A DNA stretch of 64,000 nt from an uncultured Mycoplasmatota bacterium. Its GTDB lineage: Bacteria > Bacillota_I > Bacilli_A > RF39 > UBA660. Position numbers and translations under genes: made by a program. The notes beneath the pieces were generated by a model, which was not told the DNA's origin, searched no databases, and worked only from the letters and a program-made list of their open reading frames with translations. Shown here piece after piece: positions 39,928 to 48,721 of the stretch (positions are counted from its first letter, which is position 1; each line of letters opens with the position of its first letter). The stretch lies in assembly GCA_947571135.1 (NCBI GenBank), contig CANOWY010000002.1, positions 5,569 to 69,568 of the forward strand. Direction: 5' to 3'.

Positions 39928-40140
39928 ATGAATTTAAATATAATTAAAGAGGAAGTAAAAGCACATTTGAAAGGAAATGTAGAGGTTTCCGTTTTTGGAA
40001 TGCGAAATAAAAATTATAAGGTAGTGGGATATATTTCAAATATTTATCCTAGTATTTTTACGGTAAATGAGAGTGGTGTAGAGAAGAGTTTTAGTTATTC
40101 TGATATTGCCACTGGTGAAATAAGTATCAAGTATTTGTAA
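39928..40140 (+). CDS. veg: Veg protein
   Basis: 70 aa. IKEEVKAHLKGNV...YPSIFTV...SFSYSDI matches the B. subtilis Veg pattern, and the position after yabG is conserved. Confidence 0.75.
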   Translation: MNLNIIKEEVKAHLKGNVEVSVFGMRNKNYKVVGYISNIYPSIFTVNESGVEKSFSYSDIATGEISIKYL

Positions 40141-40220
40141 AAACTCTTGCTAACTTTGGAAATTTATCATAAAATAGTATTAAGTTACTAGAAAATAAAA
40201 ACTTTAGAAGGAGTGTAAAC

Positions 40221-40487
40221 ATGAAAATTACATCAGTAACAGTTCGTAAATTTGAAAGAGATGGAAACAGAATGAAAGGAATCGCAACCGTAGTGGTAGA
40301 TGATGCCTTTGCTATTCACGATATTCGTATTATTGAAGGCGATAATGGTTTGTTTATTGCCATGCCAAGTAGAAAAACTGCCACTGGCGAATATAAAGAT
40401 ATTGCTCATCCTATCAATACAGAAGTTCGTAATATGTTTCAAAATGCAATCTTAGAAGAATACAGTAAAACAAGTGTTGAGGAATAG
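40221..40487 (+). CDS. spoVG: Septation/sporulation regulator SpoVG
   Basis: 88 aa. [64 protein letters not shown] is near-identical in pattern to B. subtilis SpoVG. Confidence 0.92.
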   Translation: MKITSVTVRKFERDGNRMKGIATVVVDDAFAIHDIRIIEGDNGLFIAMPSRKTATGEYKDIAHPINTEVRNMFQNAILEEYSKTSVEE

Positions 40488-40523
40488 AAACGGAAGATTA
40501 TGGCAATTAAAAAATCTAGGAGT

Positions 40524-40763
40524 CTAGATTTTTTTTATGTCTTTATTTTCACTTATTTCAATGGCTTTTTTTACTTCATAAGCAATTTCTTTATCGCTAA
40601 GATTTAATGCTATTACAATTTTTGCAAAAGTATCTAAAAGGGGTATATTTAAATTATTTTCAATTCTGAATATTGTTTTTCGATCTATGTTTGTTATTTT
40701 TTCTAATTTTTCTTGAGACATATTTATTCTATTTCTATATTCCTTTAACATATATGGTTTCAC
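40524..40763 (-). CDS. XRE-family helix-turn-helix transcriptional regulator
   Basis: 79 aa with HTH_XRE (INMSQEKLEKITNIDRKTIFRIENN). It is divergent from the promoter/operator at 40800-40850. Confidence 0.7.
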   Translation of the reverse strand: MKPYMLKEYRNRINMSQEKLEKITNIDRKTIFRIENNLNIPLLDTFAKIVIALNLSDKEIAYEVKKAIEISENKDIKKI

Positions 40764-40799
40764 CTATTAAAATTGTAGCAAGTTTGCCTCATTTTAACA

Positions 40800-40850
40800 T
40801 TGACAAGTATGCCCCAAAAGTATTATAATCTGAGTAGGGCATATATGCCC
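40800..40850 (+). promoter_or_regulatory. Consensus promoter TTGACA-N17-TTATAAT followed by a perfect 14-bp palindrome GGGCATATATGCCC (candidate operator of the divergent XRE regulator)
   Basis: The -35 is at 40800-40805 and the -10 at 40823-40829. The palindrome at 40837-40850 overlaps the +1 region, and an extra ATGCCCC half-site sits in the spacer (40809-40815). Confidence 0.5.
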
Positions 40851-40868
40851 CATAAAGGTGATAAAAAA

Positions 40869-41591
40869 ATGAAATTAGAAAAATTTACTAAAAATAAAAG
40901 AATTAAGAAAATTATGATAGGAAGTATAGTGGGAATAGTTTTAATAATTGGTGGGATAACTTTATATAGAACATTTGCTTTTTATGAAGAGAAAAAAGAG
41001 TTTAATGTATTGCAAGGAAGGGTACCAGATTTTAAAGAAGGGGATATTCAATTATCTGTATTTGTAAACGAAGAAAGAGTAGAGGCAATACCTGAAAGGG
41101 GAAATTATTTAGTTGATGTTTCATGTGATAAAGGTGCAATAGGTAGTTGGGATTATAATAAATGGAGTGTTTCTGTTTCTAACTTTGTTACCAAAACAAA
41201 GTGTGATGTAAAATTTACTTCTGTAAGTGAGAGTGAAATGCCCTCTAATAATTCTTTTAAGCGTGTAACGAGAAATGTATCCGTTACTCCTTTATCAGTA
41301 CCTGGCAATGATGAGGGTATGAATAGTACACGTACGGTGATTTTTGATTTTTCGGATATTGAAGGGTATGAAAATTTTACAGTGGATAATTTTATTGCAA
41401 ATATTAATGCATATACTGCGATGATAGAAAATAATATGGGCGCTTATGCCCAAGTTAGGTCTAGTATAATTACAATATCCTATAATCAAACAACAGGTGT
41501 AGTAACGGTTGAGTATTGTTATGTTTTCCGTGATGTTGTTACTTTTTATAAGGCTGAATCAAGTATTGAATGTACTCTTTTTTATAATTAA
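40869..41591 (+). CDS. Hypothetical membrane-anchored protein (N-terminal TM, extracytoplasmic domain), first gene of an operon with yabP-yabQ-divIC
   Basis: The start is re-assigned to ATG 40869 (RBS AAAGGTG), because the ORF-track start at 40800 is itself the promoter -35. The TM is IMIGSIVGIVLIIGGITLY. Confidence 0.5.
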   Translation: MKLEKFTKNKRIKKIMIGSIVGIVLIIGGITLYRTFAFYEEKKEFNVLQGRVPDFKEGDIQLSVFVNEERVEAIPERGNYLVDVSCDKGAIGSWDYNKWSVSVSNFVTKTKCDVKFTSVSESEMPSNNSFKRVTRNVSVTPLSVPGNDEGMNSTRTVIFDFSDIEGYENFTVDNFIANINAYTAMIENNMGAYAQVRSSIITISYNQTTGVVTVEYCYVFRDVVTFYKAESSIECTLFYN

Positions 41592-41651
41592 TTGATATTT
41601 ATTCATATATATCTTAATTCACTCATATTCTTAACTAGGAGCGTGGTGGAA

Positions 41652-41942
41652 ATGGATAAAGAAGTGGACAATCTAATACTTGGTGGACATGAACTTAAGA
41701 TGAGTGAACGTAGAGAAATATTTTTAACGGGTATTAAAAAAATTGATAGTTTTGATAATGAAGAATTTTTAATGGAGAGTAATATGGGAATTATTCTTTT
41801 AAAAGGAACAAATTTAGAAATTATTAAATTAGACACGCACGATGGAAATGTAAAAATAAAAGGGAAGATTATTAGTTTTACTTATTTAGATGGGGAAGGA
41901 AAGCAAAATCATGAAAGTTTTTTTACAAAGTTATTTAAATAA
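41652..41942 (+). CDS. yabP: Sporulation protein YabP
   Basis: SFDNEEFLMESNMGIILLKGTNLEIIKLDTHDGNVKIKGKIISFTYLD...FFTKLFK aligns with B. subtilis YabP (SFDNEEFLLET...IKGKI...YLD...GFFSKLFK). Confidence 0.8.
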   Translation: MDKEVDNLILGGHELKMSERREIFLTGIKKIDSFDNEEFLMESNMGIILLKGTNLEIIKLDTHDGNVKIKGKIISFTYLDGEGKQNHESFFTKLFK

Positions 41943-42247
41943 TGAATTATAAATTACAACTAATTTCATTTGCGGTTTCCTTTCTTTTTGGTATTTTCTT
42001 TTATTTTACAAGTTTGTTGAATTATAAAATTATAAAAAAACATAGTATTGTTTTACAATACATTATTACTTTTGTATATATATTAGATATATCTTTGCTA
42101 TATATTTTATTAATGTATAAAGTGAATTATGGTATTATTCATATTTATTTTATTGGCATGTTATTTTTAGGGTTTTTGTTTGGGTGGTTTTACTGTAAAC
42201 ATTTTAGAAAATTTTGTCAAATTCGGAAGAATAAATTGAAAGAATAA
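41942..42247 (+). CDS. yabQ: Spore cortex biosynthesis protein YabQ-like small membrane protein
   Basis: 101 aa with 3 TM segments, in the conserved position immediately after yabP. Confidence 0.5.
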   Translation: MNYKLQLISFAVSFLFGIFFYFTSLLNYKIIKKHSIVLQYIITFVYILDISLLYILLMYKVNYGIIHIYFIGMLFLGFLFGWFYCKHFRKFCQIRKNKLKE

Positions 42248-42288
42248 AGTTTAGGTGCTATAATTTTCCTTAAGATAAGGAGATTGTA

Positions 42289-42591
42289 ATGAAAAAAGGA
42301 ATTACAAAAAAAACAAAGCGACGTTTAACTTTTTTATCTAGTGTTATTCTTTTACTTGTTGGTGTTATTATATCTAGTATATTTAAAGATATGTGTCAGG
42401 TTTTAAAAAACAAAAATGAAATTGCTATTCTTACTGATAAATACAATACTTTGTTACATGAAGAAGAGTCATTACAATCTGAAATTACAAAGTTACAAGA
42501 TAGTGATTATGTGGCTCGTTATGCAAGAGAAAAATTTATGTATTCTCTTCCTAATGAATTAATTATTAAGTTGCCAGATTCTAAAGAGTGA
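42289..42591 (+). CDS. divIC: Septum formation initiator DivIC/FtsB-like
   Basis: 100 aa with a single N-terminal TM and a coiled coil (NEIAILTDKYNTLLHEEESLQSEITKLQ). It follows yabQ, as in Bacillus. Confidence 0.6.
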   Translation: MKKGITKKTKRRLTFLSSVILLLVGVIISSIFKDMCQVLKNKNEIAILTDKYNTLLHEEESLQSEITKLQDSDYVARYAREKFMYSLPNELIIKLPDSKE

Positions 42592-42649
42592 AAACTCTTT
42601 TTTTTGATGTGTCATTTGTTGTATAATAGGAAATTAGTTGGTGTGTTTT

Positions 42650-43375
42650 ATGAAGAAGTTAATGGAAATTAAAAATTTAATAGTTGAAAAGGAAAATTTT
42701 AAAATATTAAATGGTATAAATTTAATCATATATGAAGGAGTGAATACTTTTCTTTGTGGAACTCCTAGTAGTGGGAAAACTTCTCTTTTAAAGTCCATTT
42801 CTGGTATGCAAAAGTATAAAGGACATATTATAAAAAACTGTAAGATAGAAGTACTTTTTGATGATTATTCTTTTTCTAAAGATACGATATTAGAGGAACT
42901 AGATTACGATACATTAAATGATAAGCAAAAAAAAATAGTGAATAAATTTATTTCCAAGACTACATTAAAGAAAAATCCTTTTGTGGTGGAGGAAAAGACG
43001 AAAAAACTTGTTTTGCTATGCCAAGTTCTTTTAAGAAAACCTCAACTTTTATTTGTTGATAATTTGTTTTCTGATTTAGATAAGAAGACTATGTATAAAA
43101 TTCTTTCTTATTTGAAAGTTAAGAAAATTACTTTTGTTCATGTTTCTACTTGTATTGAAGAATCTTTAAATTATCCCTATATGGTAATATTAAATAAAGG
43201 TTCTGTGGCGGTAGAAGGTAAGACCTTGCAAGTATTGGAACAGGAAAAAATTTTGAAAAGACTTGGAATTGGATTGCCTTTTTATGTAGATTTATCGATT
43301 CAATTGCGTCTTTATGGGTTGATTGATAAAGTATATTTATCGAAAGAAGAGTTAGAAGGTGCTTTATGGAAATAG
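42650..43375 (+). CDS. Degenerate EcfA1-like ABC ATPase (Walker A intact, signature motif and catalytic Glu lost)
   Basis: Walker A is GTPSSGKTSLL. The signature is replaced by LNDKQKKIV, and Walker B LLFVDNLFSDLD lacks the DE. The EcfA-type C-terminal helix LKRLGIGLPFYVDLSIQLRLYG is retained. It has its own extended -10 promoter (TTGTATAAT, 42619-42627). Confidence 0.6.
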   Translation: MKKLMEIKNLIVEKENFKILNGINLIIYEGVNTFLCGTPSSGKTSLLKSISGMQKYKGHIIKNCKIEVLFDDYSFSKDTILEELDYDTLNDKQKKIVNKFISKTTLKKNPFVVEEKTKKLVLLCQVLLRKPQLLFVDNLFSDLDKKTMYKILSYLKVKKITFVHVSTCIEESLNYPYMVILNKGSVAVEGKTLQVLEQEKILKRLGIGLPFYVDLSIQLRLYGLIDKVYLSKEELEGALWK

Positions 43376-44001
43376 AAAAATATATTGAATTTGGAAAAAT
43401 AAATGCCGTTTTAAATTTAGATTCTTTGGATTTTAATTTTCGAGAAGAAATACATGTTCTTAGAATAAAGCCTAAATATAAAAATATAAATGTAAAGAAA
43501 TATCTTTTAGAGAAAACTTCTTGTTTAGAGGAAAGAATGCTGAGTAGTTTAAAGTTAGTACATATGGAGGAAGATATTTTAGAAAAGAAAATGAATGTTT
43601 TATCTACTTCTGAAAAAGTAAAAGTAGAACTTGCGGTTCTTTTAATTCAAAATGTAAATTGTATTGTTTTCAATAAATTTGATTCTTATTTTATGGAAAA
43701 GGAATTGCTGTTTTTTAAGAAATTGTTTTTAAAGTTAGTAAAAAAGTATAAAAAAACATTTGTTTTTGTAAATAGTGATTTATCTTTTTTGTTTGATTTT
43801 GTAAATCATCTTGTAGTTAAGAAAAGTAAGAAAGATTATCTGGTTTTAGAAGATCCAAATTTTTATGAAGAAGAGTTGTATTCTATAATGGATTGTCCTC
43901 CTATTGTGGATTTTGTAAAATACTTGAATGAACAAGGTAAGAAAATTCTACCTTATATAGATTTAAAAGAACTTTTAAAGGCTATTTTTAGGGAAGTGTA
44001 A
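43366..44001 (+). CDS. Degenerate EcfA2-like ABC ATPase remnant (no Walker A)
   Basis: 211 aa with an LSTSEKVKVELAVLL signature-like block and a Walker-B-like CIVFNKFD lacking catalytic residues. It sits immediately upstream of truA, as in the conserved ecfA1-ecfA2-ecfT-truA arrangement. Confidence 0.5.
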   Translation: MEIEKYIEFGKINAVLNLDSLDFNFREEIHVLRIKPKYKNINVKKYLLEKTSCLEERMLSSLKLVHMEEDILEKKMNVLSTSEKVKVELAVLLIQNVNCIVFNKFDSYFMEKELLFFKKLFLKLVKKYKKTFVFVNSDLSFLFDFVNHLVVKKSKKDYLVLEDPNFYEEELYSIMDCPPIVDFVKYLNEQGKKILPYIDLKELLKAIFREV

Positions 44002-44005
44002 TTTT

Positions 44006-44731
44006 ATGCGTTATCTAATTCGTTTTGGTTATGATGGAAGTCATTTTTATGGTTTTCAAAGATTAAAAAATAAAGTAAGTGTGCAAAAGACTTTAGAAGA
44101 TGCTCTTACAATTATTAATAAGAAATTAGTAGAAATAAAAGGGGCTGGAAGAACAGATATTGGGGTTCATGCGAATTGCCAATGTGCTCATTTTGCTTTG
44201 GATATGAATATTCCAGTAGATAGATTAAAAACAGCACTGAATTCCATCGTACATCCTTATATTCATATTGTAGAATGTAGAAAAGTAAGTGATGATTTTC
44301 ATGCGAGATTTTCAGTTAAAAGAAAGAAATACGTTTATAAGATTTGGTGTGGTGCGTATGATCCTAAAAAGTATGATTATTATTTAATGTATGATAAAAA
44401 ACTTGATGTGGATAAGTTAAAAGAATGTGCCAGTGTATTGATTGGAAAACATGATTTTCATAACTTTGTTTCAGGGAGTAGAGATAATTATGATATGGAA
44501 ATAGAGGATATTGAAATTGTAGAAAATGGAGAAGAAGTAGATATTGTATTTACAGGGAAAAGTTTTTATCGTTATATGGTTCGTAATTTAGTTGGTGCTA
44601 TGTTAGACTATCATGAAGGTAAATGTGATATACTATTGTTGCAGAAAATGTTAAATAATAAAGATTTTGATTATCAATTGTCTTGTGCTTCTGCAAAGGG
44701 TTTATATTTGGAAGGTGTTTATTATGGATGA
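44006..44731 (+). CDS. truA: tRNA pseudouridine(38-40) synthase TruA
   Basis: 241 aa with the catalytic Asp motif GAGRTDIGVHA. Confidence 0.9.
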   Translation: MRYLIRFGYDGSHFYGFQRLKNKVSVQKTLEDALTIINKKLVEIKGAGRTDIGVHANCQCAHFALDMNIPVDRLKTALNSIVHPYIHIVECRKVSDDFHARFSVKRKKYVYKIWCGAYDPKKYDYYLMYDKKLDVDKLKECASVLIGKHDFHNFVSGSRDNYDMEIEDIEIVENGEEVDIVFTGKSFYRYMVRNLVGAMLDYHEGKCDILLLQKMLNNKDFDYQLSCASAKGLYLEGVYYG

Positions 44732-45899
44732 TGAAAAATTAATTGTTGATGAACAATATAGTAATTATGCACTGGAAATTTTTTTTCTAATTAATTATTG
44801 GGTTTGTCAAAATGGCATAATTTTGTCTAAAGAAGACTATGAAAATATTTTTGAACATTTACATACTAATCCAAGTTTTGATTCGAATTTTTTTCATACT
44901 AGTAGGGAAGTACAACTGTATTGTTTAAAGTATTCTCTTTTAGGAGAAGGTAATGCTGAACTTGTAAAAAAAATTTTAGAAAAAAGATTTGATAATGTAG
45001 ATATTATACTAAATAAATATACTAAGTGTAGCCATAAGCAAACTTATCAATATTTGCTATCAAAATATATGGATAATGAAAATCGAATAATACAAATTTT
45101 GAATTTTAAAGATTATAGAATGATGGTTTTATGTTTAAATATTGTTTTTTATTTTGATTTTTCAGAAGATTATGTAAGTTCGAAGGTAGAAACGGAATAT
45201 TTAAGATTATTGGAATCTATTCCTGTTACTCTCGTCAAAGAGGTAAAAGAACTTTTACAACAAAATCGTTTTGATGAATTTTTACTTTTATTACAAGATG
45301 TAGAGCCTATTAAAGAAGTGTTAATAACTTCGGAGGAAACTTTAACTACATATGCTCTTCCATGGGAGAATACAATAAGGACTTTTATAGAAAGAAGAAC
45401 AATTGGAACGCGTTTTTTTAATCAAATTGTAGAGGAGAGGGGTATTCCTGATAATTCAAAAAAATTGAATGATTGGATGAATTTTGATTTAAATGAAAGA
45501 TCAGAAGAATTTTTAGAAATATATAATAATGATTTTACTTTTAAAAATAAATGCTTAGATTTTTATGTACAATTTAGAGAGTTGTATAATTTATTATGCG
45601 AATTTATTAAAAGAGACTATGAAATGTACTATGTAAAAAAGTATTTAGACGATGGTTTTGAAACGGGTGAAGAAAAGGCACAGGGGGATAAACATTATGA
45701 TATAGTAAATATTCTAAAAAAAATGATATATATGTTATGGAATTGTTGGGAGTATACTAAAGTTTTTTCAAAAGAAGATTTTTATATGATAATAAATATT
45801 GTAAAACTTGCTAAGTCTGAGGGAATTCGCTATGCAAAAAATATATATTTAGAAGAAGAATATCAAAAAATATGTAGAAACTATACAAATTCACGATAA
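44724..45899 (+). CDS. Hypothetical protein (about 390 aa) inserted between truA and rplM
   Basis: The ATG overlaps the truA stop (ATGGATGA). No domain was recognised. A terminator hairpin (CACGATAAATTCGTG plus T-run, 45889-45912) follows it. Confidence 0.45.
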   Translation: MDDEKLIVDEQYSNYALEIFFLINYWVCQNGIILSKEDYENIFEHLHTNPSFDSNFFHTSREVQLYCLKYSLLGEGNAELVKKILEKRFDNVDIILNKYTKCSHKQTYQYLLSKYMDNENRIIQILNFKDYRMMVLCLNIVFYFDFSEDYVSSKVETEYLRLLESIPVTLVKEVKELLQQNRFDEFLLLLQDVEPIKEVLITSEETLTTYALPWENTIRTFIERRTIGTRFFNQIVEERGIPDNSKKLNDWMNFDLNERSEEFLEIYNNDFTFKNKCLDFYVQFRELYNLLCEFIKRDYEMYYVKKYLDDGFETGEEKAQGDKHYDIVNILKKMIYMLWNCWEYTKVFSKEDFYMIINIVKLAKSEGIRYAKNIYLEEEYQKICRNYTNSR

Positions 45900-45915
45900 A
45901 TTCGTGTTTTTTGTT

Positions 45916-45944
45916 TGACTTTTCTTTGTTTGTTGCATATAATT
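45916..45944 (+). promoter_or_regulatory. Promoter TTGACT-N17-TATAAT for rplM-rpsI
   Basis: -35 at 45916-45921; -10 at 45939-45944. Confidence 0.5.
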
Positions 45945-46027
45945 TTAACTGGTACATTTTATTTGTTTTGAAGCCAAATACCCTGGGAAAGTAAATGGTG
46001 GATGAACTAATGAAAGGAAAGTATGCA

Positions 46028-46459
46028 ATGAAAACATTCATGCAAAAAAAAGAAAATATTGAACGTAAGTGGTATGTAATCGACGCTGAAGGTAAAAATT
46101 TAGGTCGTATTGCTACAAAAGCAGCAACGGTTTTAAGAGGCAAACATAAAGTTACTTATACTCCTCATGTTGATTGTGGAGATTATGTAATTATTGTGAA
46201 TGCTTCTAAAGTAAACTTAACTGGTAACAAATTAAACGATAAGATGTATTACAATCATAGTGGATATACTGGAGGACTTAGAGAACGTAATGCTAAAACT
46301 ATGATTCAAGATTATCCTGAAGAAATGGTAGAAAGAGCAGTAAAAGGAATGCTTCCTCATAATAGACTTGGACGCCAAATGGGCAAAAAGTTATTTGTTT
46401 ATGCAGGTAGTGATCATAAACATATGGCTCAAAATCCTACTGAAATGAAAGTTGATTAG
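46028..46459 (+). CDS. rplM: 50S ribosomal protein L13
   Basis: [30 protein letters not shown]... matches the canonical L13 N-terminus. The start is re-assigned to ATG 46028. Confidence 0.93.
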   Translation: MKTFMQKKENIERKWYVIDAEGKNLGRIATKAATVLRGKHKVTYTPHVDCGDYVIIVNASKVNLTGNKLNDKMYYNHSGYTGGLRERNAKTMIQDYPEEMVERAVKGMLPHNRLGRQMGKKLFVYAGSDHKHMAQNPTEMKVD

Positions 46460-46468
46460 GAGGGTATT

Positions 46469-46891
46469 ATGGCTACAAGTAAACAAAGTTGGACAGCAAC
46501 TGGACGTAGAAAACGTTCTAGTGCACAAGTAACACTTACAGGTGGAACTGGAATTATTACCATTAATGGTGTAGATGTTAATGACTATATGCCTTACGCT
46601 ACACTTGTAATGGATTTAAAACAACCTTTGACTATGACCAATAACGAAAATAAATTCGATATTACAGTTAATGTTAAAGGTGGAGGTTTCTCTGGTCAAA
46701 CTGGAGCAATCCGTTTAGGTATTACAAGAGCACTTTTAAAATATGATGCTAATTCTGATCAGTCTCGTGATGATTCTTATCGTAAAATTTTAAAAACTGC
46801 TGGATTTGTTACAAGAGATCCAAGAGTGAAAGAACGTAAGAAACCAGGACTTAAAAAAGCACGTAGAGCACCACAATTTAGTAAACGTTAG
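46469..46891 (+). CDS. rpsI: 30S ribosomal protein S9
   Basis: 140 aa with GRRKRSSAQV and the C-terminal ...RAPQFSKR. Confidence 0.93.
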   Translation: MATSKQSWTATGRRKRSSAQVTLTGGTGIITINGVDVNDYMPYATLVMDLKQPLTMTNNENKFDITVNVKGGGFSGQTGAIRLGITRALLKYDANSDQSRDDSYRKILKTAGFVTRDPRVKERKKPGLKKARRAPQFSKR

Positions 46892-47036
46892 AAATATTTT
46901 CATAAAGCCTTACCGTTTTGGTGGGGTTTTTGTTTTTTATTAATTAGAATAAAAGATAAGTTTACTTTTAAGTGAATTATCAATTTATGATATAATCATA
47001 TTAAATTTTTATTAAAAAATTGAAAGGGGAAATGTT

Positions 47037-47498
47037 ATGAATTTGGAAGACGAAGAATTACAACTTTTGGCAGAAGAACAGATGAATAGATTAATAACAG
47101 AAATTCAAAAATATTTAAATAAGTTCTATGATAAAACGTATATCTTAGATAGTAGAGTAAAAAGTCCAGATAAATTAAAAATGAAACAAACGTTAATTTC
47201 TAGTAAAAAGGGATACCCAATTAAATTGACTGATCTTCCAGACATTATTGGGTTAAGAATATCAACAGAAACTGAACAAGATGTAGAAAAAATGAGTGAA
47301 CTAATTAAAGGATTATCACCTAGTAAAGTGATGGATTATTTTAATACGCCTAGAGAAAATGGGTTTAAAGCATTTTTATATTATTTTGAGAATATAGGAA
47401 TAAATGTAGAGATTCAGATTATGACAGTACAAATGATGGAATGGACAAATGCCACACATAAGGAACATGATACTGAAAAATATGGTCAAATAAGATAA
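47037..47498 (+). CDS. Minimal RelA/SpoT-domain nucleotidyltransferase (small alarmone synthetase-like, 153 aa)
   Basis: Motif-by-motif alignment to RelQ: SRVKSPDKLKMK vs GRVKPVASILEK; LPDIIGLRIS vs MQDIAGLRIM (catalytic Asp); DYFNTPRENGFKAFLYYF vs DYIAEHKESGYRSYHLVV; NVEIQIMTVQMMEWTNATHKEHDTEKY vs LVEIQIRTLAMNFWATIEHSLNYKY (catalytic Glu). It lacks the basic R/K and His residues that bind the pyrophosphate-acceptor nucleotide in RelQ. Confidence 0.65.
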   Translation: MNLEDEELQLLAEEQMNRLITEIQKYLNKFYDKTYILDSRVKSPDKLKMKQTLISSKKGYPIKLTDLPDIIGLRISTETEQDVEKMSELIKGLSPSKVMDYFNTPRENGFKAFLYYFENIGINVEIQIMTVQMMEWTNATHKEHDTEKYGQIR

Positions 47499-47608
47499 GA
47501 TTTTGATTTATCATTATGCTACAATATAAAAAAATACTTATAAAGAAAATTTGAATTATTTTATAGTTAAAAATGTTATATTAATTTTAGTTAGTTAGTG
47601 AGGTTATT

Positions 47609-48679
47609 ATGCAAATTAGTTATAATGTAAGAAAAATTGATTATCGTAATAGATTACGAAATTTAGACGTACAAGCACAAAGTAATTTAAAAAGTGATAA
47701 ATTTTTTCCTGTGTTTTATATAGATGGAAAGGAAAAGATATTTAAACCACTTTCTAAAACAAAACCGTTATCTACACCATATTTTGCTTATAGTGAAGTA
47801 GTATGGTCAACTATTCTTAATCGTTTTTTTGATTCTTCTACTCCAGTTTATGAACTTGCTATTATTGAGCATATTGAAGATGATTTTGAAAGTAAATATC
47901 ATCATGGAGTTTTAGTGGATAATATAAGACAGAAAAACGAAGATTTAGTAAATTTATATGAATATTTTCGTGATTATCCAGAAGATGTATTTAATATTAA
48001 AGACTATATTAATTATGCATTAGAATTTTATGATTATAGAGGTTTATTTGAAACAAAGTTTATGAAGTCAAATCTGGTAGTAGCAGAAAGGTTTGTTTAT
48101 CAATTGTTGTTGTCTTATTTAAAATGTGATTTGAATTATCATTATGAAAATCCTTTGTTTAAAAGTGTAAATGGAAAGATTATAGATATTGCTCCTATGA
48201 TTGATCATGAGTTTTCAGGAATGTTTTTATTTATAGATGATTCTCTTCTTCATGATCTTTATTTTAGAAAATCAATTCGTTCTTTGTTTTCACATCATTT
48301 GATTGTCTCAAATTATCCTATCGATCAACAAAGATTTTTTAGTACGATTTCGCAGAATTTAGATGTTATTTCAAAGAAGTATCCTAATGTTTGTAAGTTT
48401 TTTTTGAGTAAGTTAAGAATATTTTTAAACCATTTAGAAGAAAACCCGATTTTTTTAGAAGATAATGGATATTTAGTTCCTTTTCATAGTTTTAATTATG
48501 AGATTGGAGAACAACTTTATAAAAAACATAATTTAGAAGAATCAGAAAGATTAAGAGTAGAAAAATCTTCAAAACAGTTTGTTTCTAATATACAGGAAGT
48601 ATCTAATATACTAAATAAAGAAATATATGTTTATGGAAACTGTTTAGAGAAAGAGATGACAAGAAAATTACAAAAATAG
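47609..48679 (+). CDS. Hypothetical protein with protein-kinase-like motifs, a paralogue of the 4567-5448 protein
   Basis: 356 aa. ...KCDLNYHYEN...KIIDIAPMIDHEF parallels DRNSAN...YIDLAPLYDF of the other paralogue. The N-terminal KEKIFKPLSK...PYFAYSEVVWSTIL parallels KIKNKKIGLASK / PFYLLDELMGSFL. Confidence 0.4.
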   Translation: MQISYNVRKIDYRNRLRNLDVQAQSNLKSDKFFPVFYIDGKEKIFKPLSKTKPLSTPYFAYSEVVWSTILNRFFDSSTPVYELAIIEHIEDDFESKYHHGVLVDNIRQKNEDLVNLYEYFRDYPEDVFNIKDYINYALEFYDYRGLFETKFMKSNLVVAERFVYQLLLSYLKCDLNYHYENPLFKSVNGKIIDIAPMIDHEFSGMFLFIDDSLLHDLYFRKSIRSLFSHHLIVSNYPIDQQRFFSTISQNLDVISKKYPNVCKFFLSKLRIFLNHLEENPIFLEDNGYLVPFHSFNYEIGEQLYKKHNLEESERLRVEKSSKQFVSNIQEVSNILNKEIYVYGNCLEKEMTRKLQK

Positions 48680-48721
48680 AACTGCTTTTCTTATTTCTAT
48701 TTTATTTGCATATAGTTTACT

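Noticed and set aside
40800-40868. ORF-track start of the membrane protein at 40800 (MTSMPQKYYNLSRAYMPHKGDKK...)
   Set aside because: The first 69 nt are themselves the -35/-10 promoter and the palindromic operator. The ATG at 40869 with an upstream RBS is the plausible start.
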